Shown in pieces: positions 28,532 through 40,103 of a DNA stretch of 64,000 nucleotides. The stretch is from Betaproteobacteria bacterium Ga0077527 (lineage in GTDB: Bacteria > Pseudomonadota > Gammaproteobacteria > Burkholderiales > SG8-41). The notes beneath the pieces were generated by a model. The model was not told the origin of the DNA, did no database searches, and was given only the letters and a program-made list of their open reading frames with translations. The position numbers and the translations under genes are program-made. The stretch lies in assembly GCA_001464815.1 (NCBI GenBank), contig LNDW01000024.1, forward strand, positions 4,712 to 68,711. The letters run 5' to 3'. How positions within the stretch are numbered: the stretch's first letter is position 1; the number at the start of each line of letters is the position of its first letter.

Positions 28532-30379
28532 ATGAAAAAACCTGCCTTTAAATTGGATGCCGCCGCACTGAAAACCGGTGCCGCGGAGTTCTTCGCCGGC
28601 GGTCTGCGCCGCAACCTGCGCATGCTCGCCATCGGCGCCGGTGCCGCTGCGCTGATCGCGCTGCTCGGCTTTCTTTATCTGAAAAGCCAGGGTGTCGATT
28701 ACCGCCAGCAGAGCGAAATCCTCGGCTACCTGCGCGAGCTGAAGGAAATCGACGGCCGCGGCGACATAGAAGTGCTGCGCGCGCGCATCGAGGGCGCCTC
28801 CGGGCGTGAACGCCCTGCCGCGGCGCAGGGCAACCGTGCGCCCGAGTTGCTGCGCCGGCTGAAAAACGCCGCCGCCGAGGTCCACAGCCCGGTACTTGCC
28901 GGCGGCCTGCCCGAGCTGACCCGGGCCTTCGAGCAGAAAACCGATCTGCTGACCCGTTACCGCGCCGCCGGCGCCACCGTGACCTCTGCATTGGCAAAGA
29001 TCGTCGAATTCGACACCGAAGTTGCCGGCCTGGTGCGTGGCGCCTGGCAATCGGTACCGCAGCGCGAACGGCTGGTGGCGGTCGAAAGCACCGCGGCACT
29101 GCTGTTCGCCCATGTCGTGCGCTACTGCGCCGACCCGACCGAGGAGGAGCGCAAGAACGTCGAAATGTTCGCCGCCGACCTGCGCAAGGCCGGAGCTGGC
29201 ATGCCGCAGGGCCTGCGCGAGGGCCTCGCCAGAATGGATGCTACTGTGCAGCAGGTGCTCGGCGCGAAGCCGGTGGAAGACGAGCTGTTCCAGAAAATCG
29301 CTCTGGCCTCGGCCGGCCCGCGCATCGACAGCCTGACCGATGCCTTCAGCGCCGAAACCGCGGCGACCCAGATCGACAGCGAGCGTTACCGTATCTACCT
29401 GATCGCCTACGCCGGCGCGATGCTGATCCTGATCGGCTGGCTGCTGTCGAAGCTGGCGATGAGCTACCGCCTGCTCGAGTCGCGGGTTGAGGAGCGCACC
29501 CGCGAGCTGTCGAACGCGCTGACCCAGCTCAAGGAATCCGAATCGCAGCTGATCCAGACTGAGAAAATGTCCTCGCTGGGACAGATGGTTGCCGGCATTG
29601 CCCACGAGATCAACACGCCGCTGGCTTATGTCAAGAACAGCCTGGGCTCGGTCGCCGCCAAATTGCCGGACGTGAAAAAACTGATCGTCGAGACCAACAA
29701 GCTGCTGAAGCTGATGGAATCCGGCAGCCCCGACCCGGCCACGCTGCAGACCAAGTTCCTTTCAGTGCGCGAGCTGGTCAATCACTTCGCCGAGCAGCAG
29801 GCCCTGGCCGAGCTCGGCCAGCTCGCCACTGACGGCCTCTACGGCATCGACCAGATCTCGGAAATCGTGCTCAACCTGAAGAATTTCAGCCGTCTCGACC
29901 GCAGCAAGGTGTCGAGCTTCAACCTGAACGAAGGCCTGGAAAGTTCGCTGCTGCTCGCCAAGCACGAACTGAAACACCTGACTGTGAAAAAGGAATTCGG
30001 CGACATCCCGGCAATCACCTGCTCACCTTCGCAACTGAACCAGGTATTTCTCAACCTGATCAACAACGCGGCGCAGGCCATCGAGGCCTCCAGCGGCGAG
30101 ATCACGCTGCGCACCCGCGCCGCCGATGCCGGCCATGTCATGGTCGAAATCGCCGACAACGGCAAGGGCATCCCGCCGGAAATCATGTCGAAGATTTTTG
30201 ACCCCTTCTTCACCACCAAGGCAGTGGGCAAGGGCACCGGCCTCGGCCTGTCGATTTCGTACAAGATCATCGAGCAGCACGGCGGCAGGATCAGCGTCGA
30301 TTCGGTGGTCGGCAAGGGCACCACCTTCAGCATCGTGCTGCCGCTGGTACCTCCCGAGCCCGGGGCGCTGGAAAGCTGA
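28532..30379 (+). CDS. Sensor histidine kinase with a large all-helical periplasmic domain between two TM segments
   Basis: TM1 [20 protein letters not shown], a periplasmic region of about 270 aa, TM2 [19 protein letters not shown]-box [11 protein letters not shown]-box LNLINNA, G-boxes DNGKGI / GTGLGLS. The periplasmic domain resembles what I recall as the DAHL domain (unverified). Confidence 0.85.
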   Translation: MKKPAFKLDAAALKTGAAEFFAGGLRRNLRMLAIGAGAAALIALLGFLYLKSQGVDYRQQSEILGYLRELKEIDGRGDIEVLRARIEGASGRERPAAAQGNRAPELLRRLKNAAAEVHSPVLAGGLPELTRAFEQKTDLLTRYRAAGATVTSALAKIVEFDTEVAGLVRGAWQSVPQRERLVAVESTAALLFAHVVRYCADPTEEERKNVEMFAADLRKAGAGMPQGLREGLARMDATVQQVLGAKPVEDELFQKIALASAGPRIDSLTDAFSAETAATQIDSERYRIYLIAYAGAMLILIGWLLSKLAMSYRLLESRVEERTRELSNALTQLKESESQLIQTEKMSSLGQMVAGIAHEINTPLAYVKNSLGSVAAKLPDVKKLIVETNKLLKLMESGSPDPATLQTKFLSVRELVNHFAEQQALAELGQLATDGLYGIDQISEIVLNLKNFSRLDRSKVSSFNLNEGLESSLLLAKHELKHLTVKKEFGDIPAITCSPSQLNQVFLNLINNAAQAIEASSGEITLRTRAADAGHVMVEIADNGKGIPPEIMSKIFDPFFTTKAVGKGTGLGLSISYKIIEQHGGRISVDSVVGKGTTFSIVLPLVPPEPGALES

Positions 30380-30380
30380 G

Positions 30381-32300
30381 ATGAGCAACGTCCATCCCGA
30401 GAAGATCGGCAAATACGAAATCCAGGGTGTACTGGGCCGTGGCGGCATGGGTGTGGTCTACCGCGCCTTCGACCCCGCGATCCACCGCCTGGTGGCGATC
30501 AAGACCATCACCAAATCCGCGATGGACCCCTCGGAACTGCAATATGCCATCGCGCGCTTCCGCCACGAGGCGCAGGCCGTCGGCCGGCTGACCCACCCGC
30601 GCATCGCGGCGATCTACGACTACGGCGAGAACGAAAATCTCGCCTACATCGTGATGGAGCTGGTCAACGGCAAGTCGCTGTATGACCACCTGCAGAACAA
30701 GGCGAATTTCGAGCTGCAGGAAATCGGTGAAATCATCCGTCAACTGCTCGACGGCCTTGGTTATGCCCACGCCCAGGGCGTTGTCCACCGTGACATCAAG
30801 CCCTCCAATCTGCTGGTCAACGACGACGGCCGCATCAAGATCAGCGATTTCGGCATCGCTCACATCGACACCTCCTCGCTGACCCAGGTCGGCGAGATCA
30901 TGGGTTCGCCCGGCTACATGTCGCCGGAGCAGTTCACCGGTGATGACCCGGACTCGCGCACCGACCTTTACGCCGTCGGCGTCATCGCCTTCGAATTGCT
31001 GGCCGGTCGCAAACCCTTCATTGGCAGCAACGTCGAAATCATGCGCCAGGTGATCAGCGAGCGGCCGCAGAACCCCTCCGAATTCAACCCGGTGATTTCA
31101 GCGCAGCTCGACTGGGCGGTGCACAAGGCGCTTGCAAAAAAGCGCGAGGACCGCTTCCAGACCGCGCGCGAGTTCGCGCTGGCCTTTGTCCAGGGTATCG
31201 CGGCAAGCCTGCGCAGCAGCAAGCCGGCTGGCGCGCCCAAATCCGAAGATGACGTAACCACGCAGCGCCTCGACCAGGAACTGGTCAGTTCGGCGCGGGT
31301 CATCGCCGGCCTCAATGTACCGACACTGAATCCCGCGGCGGCGGCGCCGATGGCCGCAGCAACTGCGGTGGAGCAGGCCTTCGACACCGCCGGCAAAAAG
31401 GCCAGGCTGTTGTTTGTCGATGACGAGGAACGCATCCTCACCGCGCTGCGCTCGGTGTTCCGTTCACAGTACACGGTGTTCACCGCGAGCAGCGGGCCCG
31501 AGGCGATGGAGTTCATGAAACGCTTCAAGCCGCATGTGGTGGTCAGCGACCAGCGCATGCCGCAAATGACCGGCGTCGAATTCCTGCGCGAGGTCAAGAA
31601 TGTGGCGCCGAACACCGTGCGCATGCTGCTCACCGGCTATTCGGACCTCGCCTCCATCGTCGGCTCCATCAACGACGGCGAGGTGTTCCGCTTCATCAGC
31701 AAGCCCTGGGACAACACAGAAATCCAGAAAACCGTCGGCGAAGCTGCGGCGATCGCGCTCGAACTCGCCGACATGGCGGCAAGTCCGGTGATCCTGCCCG
31801 AAAAACTCGATCGTGGCATCCTGGTGATCGAGGCGGCGCAGAGTGTCTACCGTGCGGCGACCGAACTGGTCGGCGATGTGTGCCCGGTGATCCACGCACC
31901 CGATATCGACCGTGCGCTGGAAGTACTGGCCGGACAGGAAATCGCGGTGATCGTCGCCGACATCGGCCGCGGCGACCAGAAGGCCCTGGCGGCGTTCAAA
32001 CTGCTGAAACAGGATCATCCCGAAATCCTCGCCATCGTGATCACCGATGCCTCGGATTCGGAGCTGGTGATCGACCTGATCAACCAGGCGCAGGTGTTCC
32101 GCTTCCTGACCAAACCGCTGAACCTGAAACTGCTGCAGCAGCATGTCCACGCCGCGCTGGCGCGTTACCAGTCCTTCCGCAAGTCGCCAAAGCTGCTCAA
32201 GCAGCACCGCGTCGCCGCCGCGAGGGAGGAGGATGGCTCGCTGATCGCGTCACTGCGCGAGCGCATACTTTCGGTCAAGTCCTGGTTCGGCCGCGGCTGA
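30381..32300 (+). CDS. Hanks-type Ser/Thr protein kinase fused to two C-terminal receiver (REC) domains
   Basis: [37 protein letters not shown]1 follows ([11 protein letters not shown]...[13 protein letters not shown]...FISKPWD), then a second degenerate REC (ILVIEAAQ...[10 protein letters not shown]...FLTKPLN). The ATG is 1 nt after the HK stop. Confidence 0.85.
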   Translation: MSNVHPEKIGKYEIQGVLGRGGMGVVYRAFDPAIHRLVAIKTITKSAMDPSELQYAIARFRHEAQAVGRLTHPRIAAIYDYGENENLAYIVMELVNGKSLYDHLQNKANFELQEIGEIIRQLLDGLGYAHAQGVVHRDIKPSNLLVNDDGRIKISDFGIAHIDTSSLTQVGEIMGSPGYMSPEQFTGDDPDSRTDLYAVGVIAFELLAGRKPFIGSNVEIMRQVISERPQNPSEFNPVISAQLDWAVHKALAKKREDRFQTAREFALAFVQGIAASLRSSKPAGAPKSEDDVTTQRLDQELVSSARVIAGLNVPTLNPAAAAPMAAATAVEQAFDTAGKKARLLFVDDEERILTALRSVFRSQYTVFTASSGPEAMEFMKRFKPHVVVSDQRMPQMTGVEFLREVKNVAPNTVRMLLTGYSDLASIVGSINDGEVFRFISKPWDNTEIQKTVGEAAAIALELADMAASPVILPEKLDRGILVIEAAQSVYRAATELVGDVCPVIHAPDIDRALEVLAGQEIAVIVADIGRGDQKALAAFKLLKQDHPEILAIVITDASDSELVIDLINQAQVFRFLTKPLNLKLLQQHVHAALARYQSFRKSPKLLKQHRVAAAREEDGSLIASLRERILSVKSWFGRG

Positions 32301-32307
32301 ACCTGCC

Positions 32308-33207
32308 CTAGGCCAGCCAGTCCTTTTCCACCAGAAATTCGCTGTAGAGCCGGGCTTCGGGCGTACCCGGCGCAGGCGTCCAGTCGTAGCGCCAGTGCAC
32401 CACCGGCGGCAGCGACATGAGAATTGACTCGGTGCGCCCGCCGGACTGCAGGCCGAACAGCGTGCCGCGATCGAACACCAGGTTGAATTCGACATAACGG
32501 CCACGGCGATAGGCCTGGAAATCACGTTCGCGTTCGCCGTAGGCTGTATCGCGGCGGCGCTCGACGATCGGCACATAGGCCGGCAGGAAATGGTCACCGA
32601 CGCTGCGTATCAGTGCGAAGCAGGTTTCAAAATCGGGGCGTTCGAGGTCATCGAAAAAAATGCCGCCGATACCGCGCGGTTCATTGCGGTGCTTCAGGAA
32701 AAAGTAACGGTCGCACCAGGCTTTGTATTTGGGGTGCAGATCGGCACCGAAGGGCGCCAGCGCGTCGCGGCAGCTGCGATGAAAATGCACCGCGTCCTCT
32801 GCAACACCATAGTACGGCGTCAGATCCATGCCGCCGCCAAACCACCACACCGGATCGGCGCCGGACTTCTCGGCGACAAAACAGCGCACGTTCAGGTGCA
32901 CCGTAGGCACATGGGGATTACGCGGGTGCAGCACCAGAGACACCCCCATCGCCTGAAAGGAGCGTCCGGCAAGCTCGGGCCGTGCTGCGGAGGCCGAAGG
33001 CGGCAGGTTGTCACCGAAGACATGGGAAAAGCCGACCCCGCCACGTTCGAACAGCGCGCCGTTTTCGATCAGCCGGGTAATGCCGCCGCCGCCCTGCGGC
33101 CGCTGCCATTCATCGCGGATGAATCGGCCGCCATCAAGAACCTCGAGCCGGTCGACAATCGCCTGCTGCAGGCCGGTGAGATAACTTTTGACTGCCGCGA
33201 TGTCCAT
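32308..33207 (-). CDS. hemF: Oxygen-dependent coproporphyrinogen III oxidase
   Basis: [30 protein letters not shown] motifs. Start at [10 protein letters not shown] (ATG 33207). Confidence 0.9.
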   Translation of the reverse strand: MDIAAVKSYLTGLQQAIVDRLEVLDGGRFIRDEWQRPQGGGGITRLIENGALFERGGVGFSHVFGDNLPPSASAARPELAGRSFQAMGVSLVLHPRNPHVPTVHLNVRCFVAEKSGADPVWWFGGGMDLTPYYGVAEDAVHFHRSCRDALAPFGADLHPKYKAWCDRYFFLKHRNEPRGIGGIFFDDLERPDFETCFALIRSVGDHFLPAYVPIVERRRDTAYGERERDFQAYRRGRYVEFNLVFDRGTLFGLQSGGRTESILMSLPPVVHWRYDWTPAPGTPEARLYSEFLVEKDWLA

Positions 33208-33217
33208 CGCAGCGCTG

Positions 33218-34495
33218 TTATTTGCGGCCCGCAGCAATCGCGCGGTAACCGATGTCGCGGCGGCACTGCAGGCCGTCGAAATGAATCAGGTCGACGATTT
33301 CGTAGGCGCGTTTCTGTGCGGTGCGCGTGTTGTGACCCAGCGCTGTAACACACAGCACACGGCCGCCGCTGGTGACCACATCCTTGTCGCGCAGCGTGGT
33401 GCCGGCGTGGAACACGTGGTAATCCTCGCCCACCGGCGGCAGGCCGGTGATGACATCACCCTTGCGCGGATCTTCGGGATAATTCGCCGCGGCCAGCACC
33501 ACGCCCAGCGCAACCCGCGGATCCCATTCGGCTTCGACGGCATCAAGCCGGACGTCGATGGCCGCGTCGAGCAGGCCGACGAGGTCGCTTTTCAGCCGCA
33601 TCATGATCGGCTGGGTTTCGGGATCACCCATGCGGCAGTTGAATTCGAGGGTCTTGATGCCACCCTTGGCATCAATCATCAGTCCGGCATACAGAAAGCC
33701 GGTATACGGAATGCCGTCGGCCGCCATGCCGTTGATGGTCGGCAGGATCACTTCACGCATCACCCGCGCATGTACTTCCGGCGTCACCACCGGTGCCGGT
33801 GAATAAGCACCCATGCCACCGGTATTGGGGCCCTGGTCGCCGTCCTTCAGCCGCTTGTGGTCCTGGCTGCTCGCCAGCGCCAGCGCGTTTCGCCCGTCGG
33901 CGAGCACGATGAAACTCGCTTCCTCGCCGGTGAGGAACTCCTCGATCACCACGCGCGCACCGGCGCTGCCCATCTTGTTGCTGATGAGCATCATGTCCAC
34001 CGCGGCATGGGCTTCGGCGGCATCCATCGCCACCACCACGCCCTTGCCCGCGGCGAGCCCGTCAGCCTTGATCACGATCGGCGCACCTTCGCGCTCGATA
34101 TAAGCGTGTGCTGCGGCGGCATCGGTGAAGGTTTCGTGCTTCGCCGTCGGAATGTGATGGCGAACCATGAACTGCTTGGCGTAATCCTTGGAGCTTTCCA
34201 GCTGCGCGGCCTTCTGCGTCGGCCCGAAAATGCGATGTCCCGCGGCGCGCACCGCATCAACGACACCACCGGCGAGCGGTGCTTCGGGCCCGACCACCGT
34301 CAGTGATATTTCATTTTTATCAATAAAATCAATGATTTGCTGATTTTCGCCGAGTGCGACATTATTCAAGGCGGGTTCGCGGGCGGTGCCGGCATTGCCG
34401 GGGGCGACAAACACTTTCGACACCTTGGGCGACTGCGCGATTTTCCACGCCAGCGCATGTTCGCGGCCACCGCCGCCGATCACGAGAACTTTCAT
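33218..34495 (-). CDS. purD: Phosphoribosylamine-glycine ligase
   Basis: [18 protein letters not shown] and VVGPEAPL, full-length PurD. The ATG at 34495 is 1 nt after the purH stop. Confidence 0.93.
   Translation of the reverse strand: MKVLVIGGGGREHALAWKIAQSPKVSKVFVAPGNAGTAREPALNNVALGENQQIIDFIDKNEISLTVVGPEAPLAGGVVDAVRAAGHRIFGPTQKAAQLESSKDYAKQFMVRHHIPTAKHETFTDAAAAHAYIEREGAPIVIKADGLAAGKGVVVAMDAAEAHAAVDMMLISNKMGSAGARVVIEEFLTGEEASFIVLADGRNALALASSQDHKRLKDGDQGPNTGGMGAYSPAPVVTPEVHARVMREVILPTINGMAADGIPYTGFLYAGLMIDAKGGIKTLEFNCRMGDPETQPIMMRLKSDLVGLLDAAIDVRLDAVEAEWDPRVALGVVLAAANYPEDPRKGDVITGLPPVGEDYHVFHAGTTLRDKDVVTSGGRVLCVTALGHNTRTAQKRAYEIVDLIHFDGLQCRRDIGYRAIAAGRK
34317..34334. repeat. AT-rich 18-mer TTATCAATAAAATCAATG (copy 1, inside purD); includes an IHF-consensus match at 34327-34339
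   Basis: Identical string at 40682-40699. AATCAATGATTTG fits WATCAANNNNTTR with an upstream A-tract. Confidence 0.8.
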
Positions 34496-34496
34496 G

Positions 34497-36059
34497 TCAG
34501 TGCCTGAAATGCCGGTAGCCGGTGAATACCATTGCAATGCCGTGTTCGTCGGCTGCGGCGATCACTTCATCGTCGCGCACACTGCCGCCGGGCTGGATGA
34601 TCGCGCCTGCGCCACCCGCGGCGACCACATCGACACCATCGCGAAAGGGAAAAAAGGCGTCCGAGGCCACCACCGAACCGGCCAGTTTGAGTCCGGCGTT
34701 TTCAGCCTTGATCGAGGCGATACGCGCCGAATCAACACGGCTCATCTGCCCGGCGCCGACGCCGAGGGTCTGGCCATTGCCGCAATAGACGATGGCATTG
34801 GATTTGACGAACTTCGCAACCCGCCAGGCAAACATCAAATCGGCGAGCTGTTGTGCCGTCGGCTGCTGGCGGGTCACCACCTTCAACTGCGACACCACCA
34901 CGTTCAGGGTATCCGGCGTCTGCAGCAGCAGTCCGCCTCCGACACGTTTCATGTCAAAGGTATTGGCGCCCGCCGTCAGCGGCACTTCGAGCACGCGGAT
35001 GTTGGCCTTCTGTGCCAGCACCGGCAGCGCATCGGGCAGCACCCGCGGCGCGATTATCACTTCAACAAACTGCCGGGTAATCGCCTGTGCCGTGGCCGCA
35101 TCAAGCTCGCGGTTGACCGCGATGATGCCGCCGAAGGCCGAGGTCGGATCAGTGGCCAGCGCCTTGTCGTAGGCACCGGCGACGGTATCGGCAATCGCCA
35201 CACCACAGGGATTGGCATGTTTGACGATGACACAGGCCGGCGCATCAAAAGTCTTCACGCACTCCCAGGCGGCATCAGCGTCGGCGATGTTGTTGTACGA
35301 CAGCTCCTTGCCCTGCAGCTGGCGGTAGGCGGCGAGGCTGCCCGGCGCCGGCGCCAGGTCGCGGTAAAAGGCCGCGGCCTGGTGCGGATTTTCGCCATAA
35401 CGCAGGGTCTGCACACGTTCGAATTGCTGGTTGAGACGGGCCGGAAAGACTTCCCTGCGTCCATCGGCGCCGAGCGCGGTCAGGTAATTGCTGATTGCAC
35501 CGTCATAGGCGGCAGTATGCGAGAAGGCCTTGCAGGCGAGATGGAAACGTGTGGTCGCCCCGAGCGCGCCGCCGGTTGATTTCATTTCATCAAGCAGCGC
35601 CGGGTAATCCGCGGGATCGGTGACCACCGCGACATGGGCGTGGTTCTTCGCCGCGCTGCGCACCATTGCCGGTCCGCCGATGTCGATGTTTTCGATGGCG
35701 TCATCGAAGCTGCAGTCCGGCCGGGCGACGGTCCGGGTAAAGGGATAGAGATTGACGCAGACCAGGTCGATGTTGGTGATGCCGGCCTTTTGCATCGCCG
35801 CGACATGTTCCGGCAGGTCACGCCGGCCGAGCAGGCCGCCGTGGATTTTCGGATGCAGTGTTTTCACGCGGCCGTCGAGCATCTCCGGAAAGCCGGTGTA
35901 ATCGGCGACCTCGGTGACCTTGAGTCCGGCTTCGCGCAGCAGTTTCGCGGTGCCGCCGGTGGACAGCAACGCAGCGCCCTGTGCGGCAAGACCGCGGGCG
36001 AAGTCGATCACGCCGGCCTTGTCGGAAACGCTGATCAGCGCCTGTTTGATGATTGCCAT
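34497..36059 (-). CDS. purH: Bifunctional AICAR transformylase / IMP cyclohydrolase
   Basis: [16 protein letters not shown]...[10 protein letters not shown]. Start at ATG 36059. Confidence 0.93.
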   Translation of the reverse strand: MAIIKQALISVSDKAGVIDFARGLAAQGAALLSTGGTAKLLREAGLKVTEVADYTGFPEMLDGRVKTLHPKIHGGLLGRRDLPEHVAAMQKAGITNIDLVCVNLYPFTRTVARPDCSFDDAIENIDIGGPAMVRSAAKNHAHVAVVTDPADYPALLDEMKSTGGALGATTRFHLACKAFSHTAAYDGAISNYLTALGADGRREVFPARLNQQFERVQTLRYGENPHQAAAFYRDLAPAPGSLAAYRQLQGKELSYNNIADADAAWECVKTFDAPACVIVKHANPCGVAIADTVAGAYDKALATDPTSAFGGIIAVNRELDAATAQAITRQFVEVIIAPRVLPDALPVLAQKANIRVLEVPLTAGANTFDMKRVGGGLLLQTPDTLNVVVSQLKVVTRQQPTAQQLADLMFAWRVAKFVKSNAIVYCGNGQTLGVGAGQMSRVDSARIASIKAENAGLKLAGSVVASDAFFPFRDGVDVVAAGGAGAIIQPGGSVRDDEVIAAADEHGIAMVFTGYRHFRH

Positions 36060-36096
36060 GCTGTGGCGGCCACGCGTGGCGCGTGACGCCTCCTGG

Positions 36097-36336
36097 TCAG
36101 TACTTGATGTTGTACGCCTTGATTTTCTTGCGCAGCGTGTTGCGGTTGATGCCGAGCATCGCGGCGGCATGGGACTGGTTGCCGCGCACCTTGTTCAGCA
36201 CCGATTCGAGCAGCGGTTTTTCGACGCTGCCGATCACCATGTCATACACGCCGCAGGCCTTTTCCCCGTCGAGGTCGCGGAAATAACCGTCTATCGCGCG
36301 ACGCACAACCCGGGCCATTTCGGTCTCATTCATCAT
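36097..36336 (-). CDS. fis: DNA-binding protein Fis
   Basis: 79 aa with C-terminal [33 protein letters not shown] overlap with dusB, the classical dusB-fis operon. Confidence 0.85.
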   Translation of the reverse strand: MMNETEMARVVRRAIDGYFRDLDGEKACGVYDMVIGSVEKPLLESVLNKVRGNQSHAAAMLGINRNTLRKKIKAYNIKY

Positions 36337-37364
36337 GCAGCCAGTTCCTCTTGTTCTTGGTTTTGATCTTCAACAACATAAGACAGGCGGTCGCCACGGC
36401 CGGACAACTCGCCGAAAAACAGGTTTATCGCCTCCAGCTGCTCGGCACAGCTTTGCAACTGGTTCATCGCGCGGCGGAAGGCTGCCGAGCCGGCCAGTCC
36501 CTTGGTGTACCAGGAGATGTGCTTGCGTGCGACGCGCACACCGGTGTGTTCGCCGTAAAAGGCATACAGGTCCTGCAGATGGCCGAGCAGCACACGGTGG
36601 ATTTCCGTGACCTCGGGCGGCGGCAGGTGCGTGCCGTGCTCGAGGAAATGGCTGATCTCGCGGAACATCCACGGCCGCCCCTGGGCGGCGCGGCCGATCA
36701 TCACCGCATCGGCGCCGGTGTACTGCAGCACGTGTTTGACGCGCTCGGGCGTGGTGATGTCGCCGTTGGCGATCAGCGGAATGCGGATCTCGGCCTTCAC
36801 TGCCGCGATGGTGTCGTATTCGGCATCGCCGGTGTAGCCGCAGGCGCGGGTGCGGCCGTGGATCGCCAGCGCCTGGATGCCGGCGTTCTCGGCGATACGC
36901 GCCACCATCCGCGCGTTGCGGTGTTCACGGTCCCAGCCGGTGCGGATCTTCAGTGTCACCGGCACATTCACGGCGCCTACCACCGCATCGAGAATGCGTC
37001 CGACCAGCGGCTCGTCCTTCAGCAGCGCCGAGCCGGCCATCACGTTGCAGACTTTTTTCGCCGGGCAGCCCATGTTGATGTCAATGATCTGCGCGCCATG
37101 GTCGACGTTGTAACGCGCGGCCTCGGCCATCATCAGCGGATCGGCGCCGGCGATCTGCACCGAGATCGGGTCGACCTCGCCCTCATGGTTGGCTCGGCGC
37201 CTGGTTTTTTCCGAGCCCCACAACAGTGAATTGCTTGACACCATCTCCGACACCGCCATGCCAGCGCCCATCAGCTTGCACAGCTGGCGGAACGGCCGGT
37301 CGGTGACACCGGCCATCGGTGCAACAATCAGATTGTTCTTGAGCTGATAGGGACCGATGCGCAC
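36333..37364 (-). CDS. dusB: tRNA-dihydrouridine synthase B
   Basis: A GTG start at 37364 gives an N-terminus RIGPYQLKNNLIVAPMAGVTDRPFR, colinear with the E. coli DusB N-terminus as I remember it. The track start (GTG 37391) would be nearly leaderless relative to the candidate promoter. Confidence 0.88.
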   Translation of the reverse strand: MRIGPYQLKNNLIVAPMAGVTDRPFRQLCKLMGAGMAVSEMVSSNSLLWGSEKTRRRANHEGEVDPISVQIAGADPLMMAEAARYNVDHGAQIIDINMGCPAKKVCNVMAGSALLKDEPLVGRILDAVVGAVNVPVTLKIRTGWDREHRNARMVARIAENAGIQALAIHGRTRACGYTGDAEYDTIAAVKAEIRIPLIANGDITTPERVKHVLQYTGADAVMIGRAAQGRPWMFREISHFLEHGTHLPPPEVTEIHRVLLGHLQDLYAFYGEHTGVRVARKHISWYTKGLAGSAAFRRAMNQLQSCAEQLEAINLFFGELSGRGDRLSYVVEDQNQEQEELAA

Positions 37365-37403
37365 GATGGTTGAGTCTGGACGGGGAACCACGGAAAGGGC
37401 GCA

Positions 37404-37432
37404 ATTCTAATCAAGGCCGCTGCTGCTGCAAA
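37404..37432 (-). promoter_or_regulatory. Candidate sigma70 promoter of dusB-fis (TTTGCA-N17-TAGAAT) with an AT-rich UP-like tract upstream (37433-37455)
   Basis: Hexamers read directly on the minus strand. The AAAAAATAAGCAATTT tract lies immediately upstream of the -35. Confidence 0.45.
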
Positions 37433-37625
37433 GGAGAAATTGCTTATTTTTTGTGCAGGCGTGTCATTGACGCCACGCGCATCAGGCCGGTGCATGCCCC
37501 GCTCGCAAGGGTGGCACACACTGACCCTCGTATTTATGCCGACAGATCAGTGTGTTTGTCGCGAACTGCTCGAATACACATGCATTGCGGCCCGCAAATC
37601 GCGGACCTGGCGGCGTAATGCCGGT

Positions 37626-38768
37626 TCAGCCGCGCAGCCCGAAGGTCATGCGCCGGGCCAGAAATTTTTTCAGTGGCGGCAGGCTGCCAAGTATTGACAG
37701 CGCGGTGCCGCGTGCTGCGGCCAATGGCGCAATGTCATTGGAGAACAGCCGGACCAAACCGTGGGTGAAGCCGGCCATCATGCCGCGGTCGGATTCACGT
37801 GCGGCAAGGTAACGTGCCGTCCAGCGCAGGGAACCCAGCTCCTTCGGTTCTTCCAGCACTTGCCGCGCCAGCACGGCGACATCACGCAGCGCCAGGTTGA
37901 AGCCCTGTCCGGCCACCGGATGCAGGGTCTGCGCGGCATTGCCGATCAACACCGCGTGCTGCAATGCCTGTTGCGCGCTGCGCCGTAGCTGCAGCGGATG
38001 GCTGGCGCGGTGGCTGACGCCGTTGAAACGGCCGGCGCGCCGGCCGAAAGCCTGTTGCAGTTCCGCGCAAAAGCCCGCAGCGTCCAGCGCGCACAACTGC
38101 AGTGCCCGTTCCGGCGCCACTGTCCACACCAGCGCCCACTGCCCGCGATCCGGCAACAGGGCCAGCGGACCTTCCGGAGTAAAACGTTCATAGGCGATGT
38201 CGCCGGCATCGCGGTCGCAGTTGATGCGTGCGGTCACTGCGCATTGCCCGTAATCCACCGTTTTGGCATCGGCCACACCGCTGCCATCGGCAATCACCAG
38301 CAGTGGCGTGACCAACGACTGGGCGGCACCATCGCGGTCAACACTTACCTGCGCCGGATCGCCGGCAGTCCAGTCGGCGACACTGACGCCGCTGCGGTAA
38401 TCGGCCACCTGCGCCGCCGCCTGCGCCAGTGCAGCGGACAACACACCGTAGTCGACGACATAACCCAGCGCCGGCAACGCCAGCTCACCGGCCTCAAGCT
38501 GGCTGCGGCCAAACCCGCCACGCTGCGAGACATGGATGCGGCGGATCGGCGTCGCCGCCGCCGACAGTTGCGGCCACACTCCCAGACGCTGCAGAAAAAG
38601 ACTGCTGCCATGGGACAGTGCCAGCGGCCGGTATTCCGTGGTCGCGGCGGCCCGTGCCTCAAGCACCACCACCCGGCGCTGCGCCCCGGCCAGGGCCAGC
38701 GCCAGTGCGCTGCCAGCGGGGCCGCCGCCGACAATCACAACATCCGCGGTTTCAGCGGCGGTGTTCAC
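37626..38768 (-). CDS. FAD-dependent ubiquinone-biosynthesis hydroxylase (UbiH/UbiF/VisC/COQ6 family)
   Basis: DVVIVGGGPAGSALALAL dinucleotide-binding motif and GNAAQTLHPVAGQGFNL. Overlaps the 3' end of pepP, matching the pepP-ubiH synteny of E. coli. Confidence 0.8.
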   Translation of the reverse strand: MNTAAETADVVIVGGGPAGSALALALAGAQRRVVVLEARAAATTEYRPLALSHGSSLFLQRLGVWPQLSAAATPIRRIHVSQRGGFGRSQLEAGELALPALGYVVDYGVLSAALAQAAAQVADYRSGVSVADWTAGDPAQVSVDRDGAAQSLVTPLLVIADGSGVADAKTVDYGQCAVTARINCDRDAGDIAYERFTPEGPLALLPDRGQWALVWTVAPERALQLCALDAAGFCAELQQAFGRRAGRFNGVSHRASHPLQLRRSAQQALQHAVLIGNAAQTLHPVAGQGFNLALRDVAVLARQVLEEPKELGSLRWTARYLAARESDRGMMAGFTHGLVRLFSNDIAPLAAARGTALSILGSLPPLKKFLARRMTFGLRG

Positions 38769-40071
38769 GCATCAGCGCCTCGATGTCGGCGACCGCCTTC
38801 GGTGCTTCAGCAGTCAGCAGTTCGCAGCCGCCGCTGGTGACCAGCGCATCGTCTTCGATGCGGATGCCGATGTTGAAAAACGCCTCGGGTACACCCGGTG
38901 CCGGACGGATGTAGCAGCCCGGCTCAACGGTGAGCACCATGCCCGGCTGCAGTTCGCGCCATTGTCCGTCGCGCTTGTAATCACCGGCGTCGTGTACATC
39001 GAGCCCCAGCCAGTGGCCGGTGCGGTGCATGTAGAACTGGCGATAACTCTCCTGCTCGAGCACGGCATCCAGCGGGCCGGACAACAGCTTGAGGTCGATG
39101 AAGCCCTGCGCCAGCACCTTCACTGCTGCATCATGGGGCTCGTTCCAGCGGGCACCGGGTTTCACCGCGGAAATGGCCGCCGCCTGCGCCGCCAGTACCA
39201 GCTCATAGACCGCGCGTTGCGGCCCGCTGTAACGGCCGTTCACCGGGAACGTGCGGGTGATGTCGGCGGCATAACCGTCGAGCTCGCAGCCGGCGTCGAT
39301 CAGCAGCAGGTCGCCATCGGCCAATTGCGCGCTGTTTTCGACGTAATGCAGCACGCAGGCATTGGCGCCGCCGGCGACAATCGAGGTATAGGCCGGTGCC
39401 TGAGCGCCGCTGCGGCGGAATTCATGCAGCAACAGTGCTTCGATTTCATATTCGCTGGCGCCCGGTTTTGTGGCGGCCATCGCCGCGCGATGGGCTGCCG
39501 CGGAAATCGTTCCGGCGCGGCGCATCAGCGCCAGCTCCTGCGCATCCTTGATCAGGCGCATTTCATCGAGCAGACCGCGTACATCGTGAATCGCCGCCGG
39601 CGCGGCGACACCGGCACGGGAGCGGCCCCGCACAACATTGACCCAGCCCAGCACGCGGCCATCCCATACCGAATCCTCGCCGAGATGTACATGCAGGGCA
39701 TCACGGTCGGCGAGCAGATCGGGTATGCGCTGATCGAGCTCGGCAATCGGATAAGCCTCGTCGAAAGCGAAGACTTCACGCGCCGCTTCGGGCCCGTGGC
39801 GATAACCGTCCCAAATTTCGCGCTCGAGGTTTTTTTCGCGGCAGAACAGGATGCTGCGTGGCGTCGCACCGCCGGTGATGACCAGCACCGCTTCCGGCTC
39901 GCGGAAACCACTGAGATAGTAAAAATAGCTGTCGAAGCGATAGGGATAGTGCGCATCACGGTTGCGAATGCGCTCCGGAGCGGTCGGAATCACCGCAATG
40001 CCGTTGCCGATGGCCGCCGCCAGCCGGGCCCGGCGCTGCACCTGTACTGCGTGGCCTGAAGAATCACTCAT
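38752..40071 (-). CDS. pepP: Xaa-Pro aminopeptidase
   Basis: YPYRFDSYFYYLSGF, HRTGHWLGLDVHD, EPGCYI motifs. Confidence 0.88.
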   Translation of the reverse strand: MSDSSGHAVQVQRRARLAAAIGNGIAVIPTAPERIRNRDAHYPYRFDSYFYYLSGFREPEAVLVITGGATPRSILFCREKNLEREIWDGYRHGPEAAREVFAFDEAYPIAELDQRIPDLLADRDALHVHLGEDSVWDGRVLGWVNVVRGRSRAGVAAPAAIHDVRGLLDEMRLIKDAQELALMRRAGTISAAAHRAAMAATKPGASEYEIEALLLHEFRRSGAQAPAYTSIVAGGANACVLHYVENSAQLADGDLLLIDAGCELDGYAADITRTFPVNGRYSGPQRAVYELVLAAQAAAISAVKPGARWNEPHDAAVKVLAQGFIDLKLLSGPLDAVLEQESYRQFYMHRTGHWLGLDVHDAGDYKRDGQWRELQPGMVLTVEPGCYIRPAPGVPEAFFNIGIRIEDDALVTSGGCELLTAEAPKAVADIEALMREHRR

Positions 40072-40103
40072 GTATTGATTATAGCGGCGCGATCCCTGGC
40101 GCT

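Noticed and set aside
32300-32308. Convergent gene pairs separated by only 5-16 nt with no visible terminator: 32300/32308, 47423/47430, 19994/20001, 51763/51773 and 13154/13171.
   Set aside because: This is a common feature of compact GC-rich genomes. Termination is probably Rho-dependent or occurs within the converging gene, and nothing specific can be inferred.
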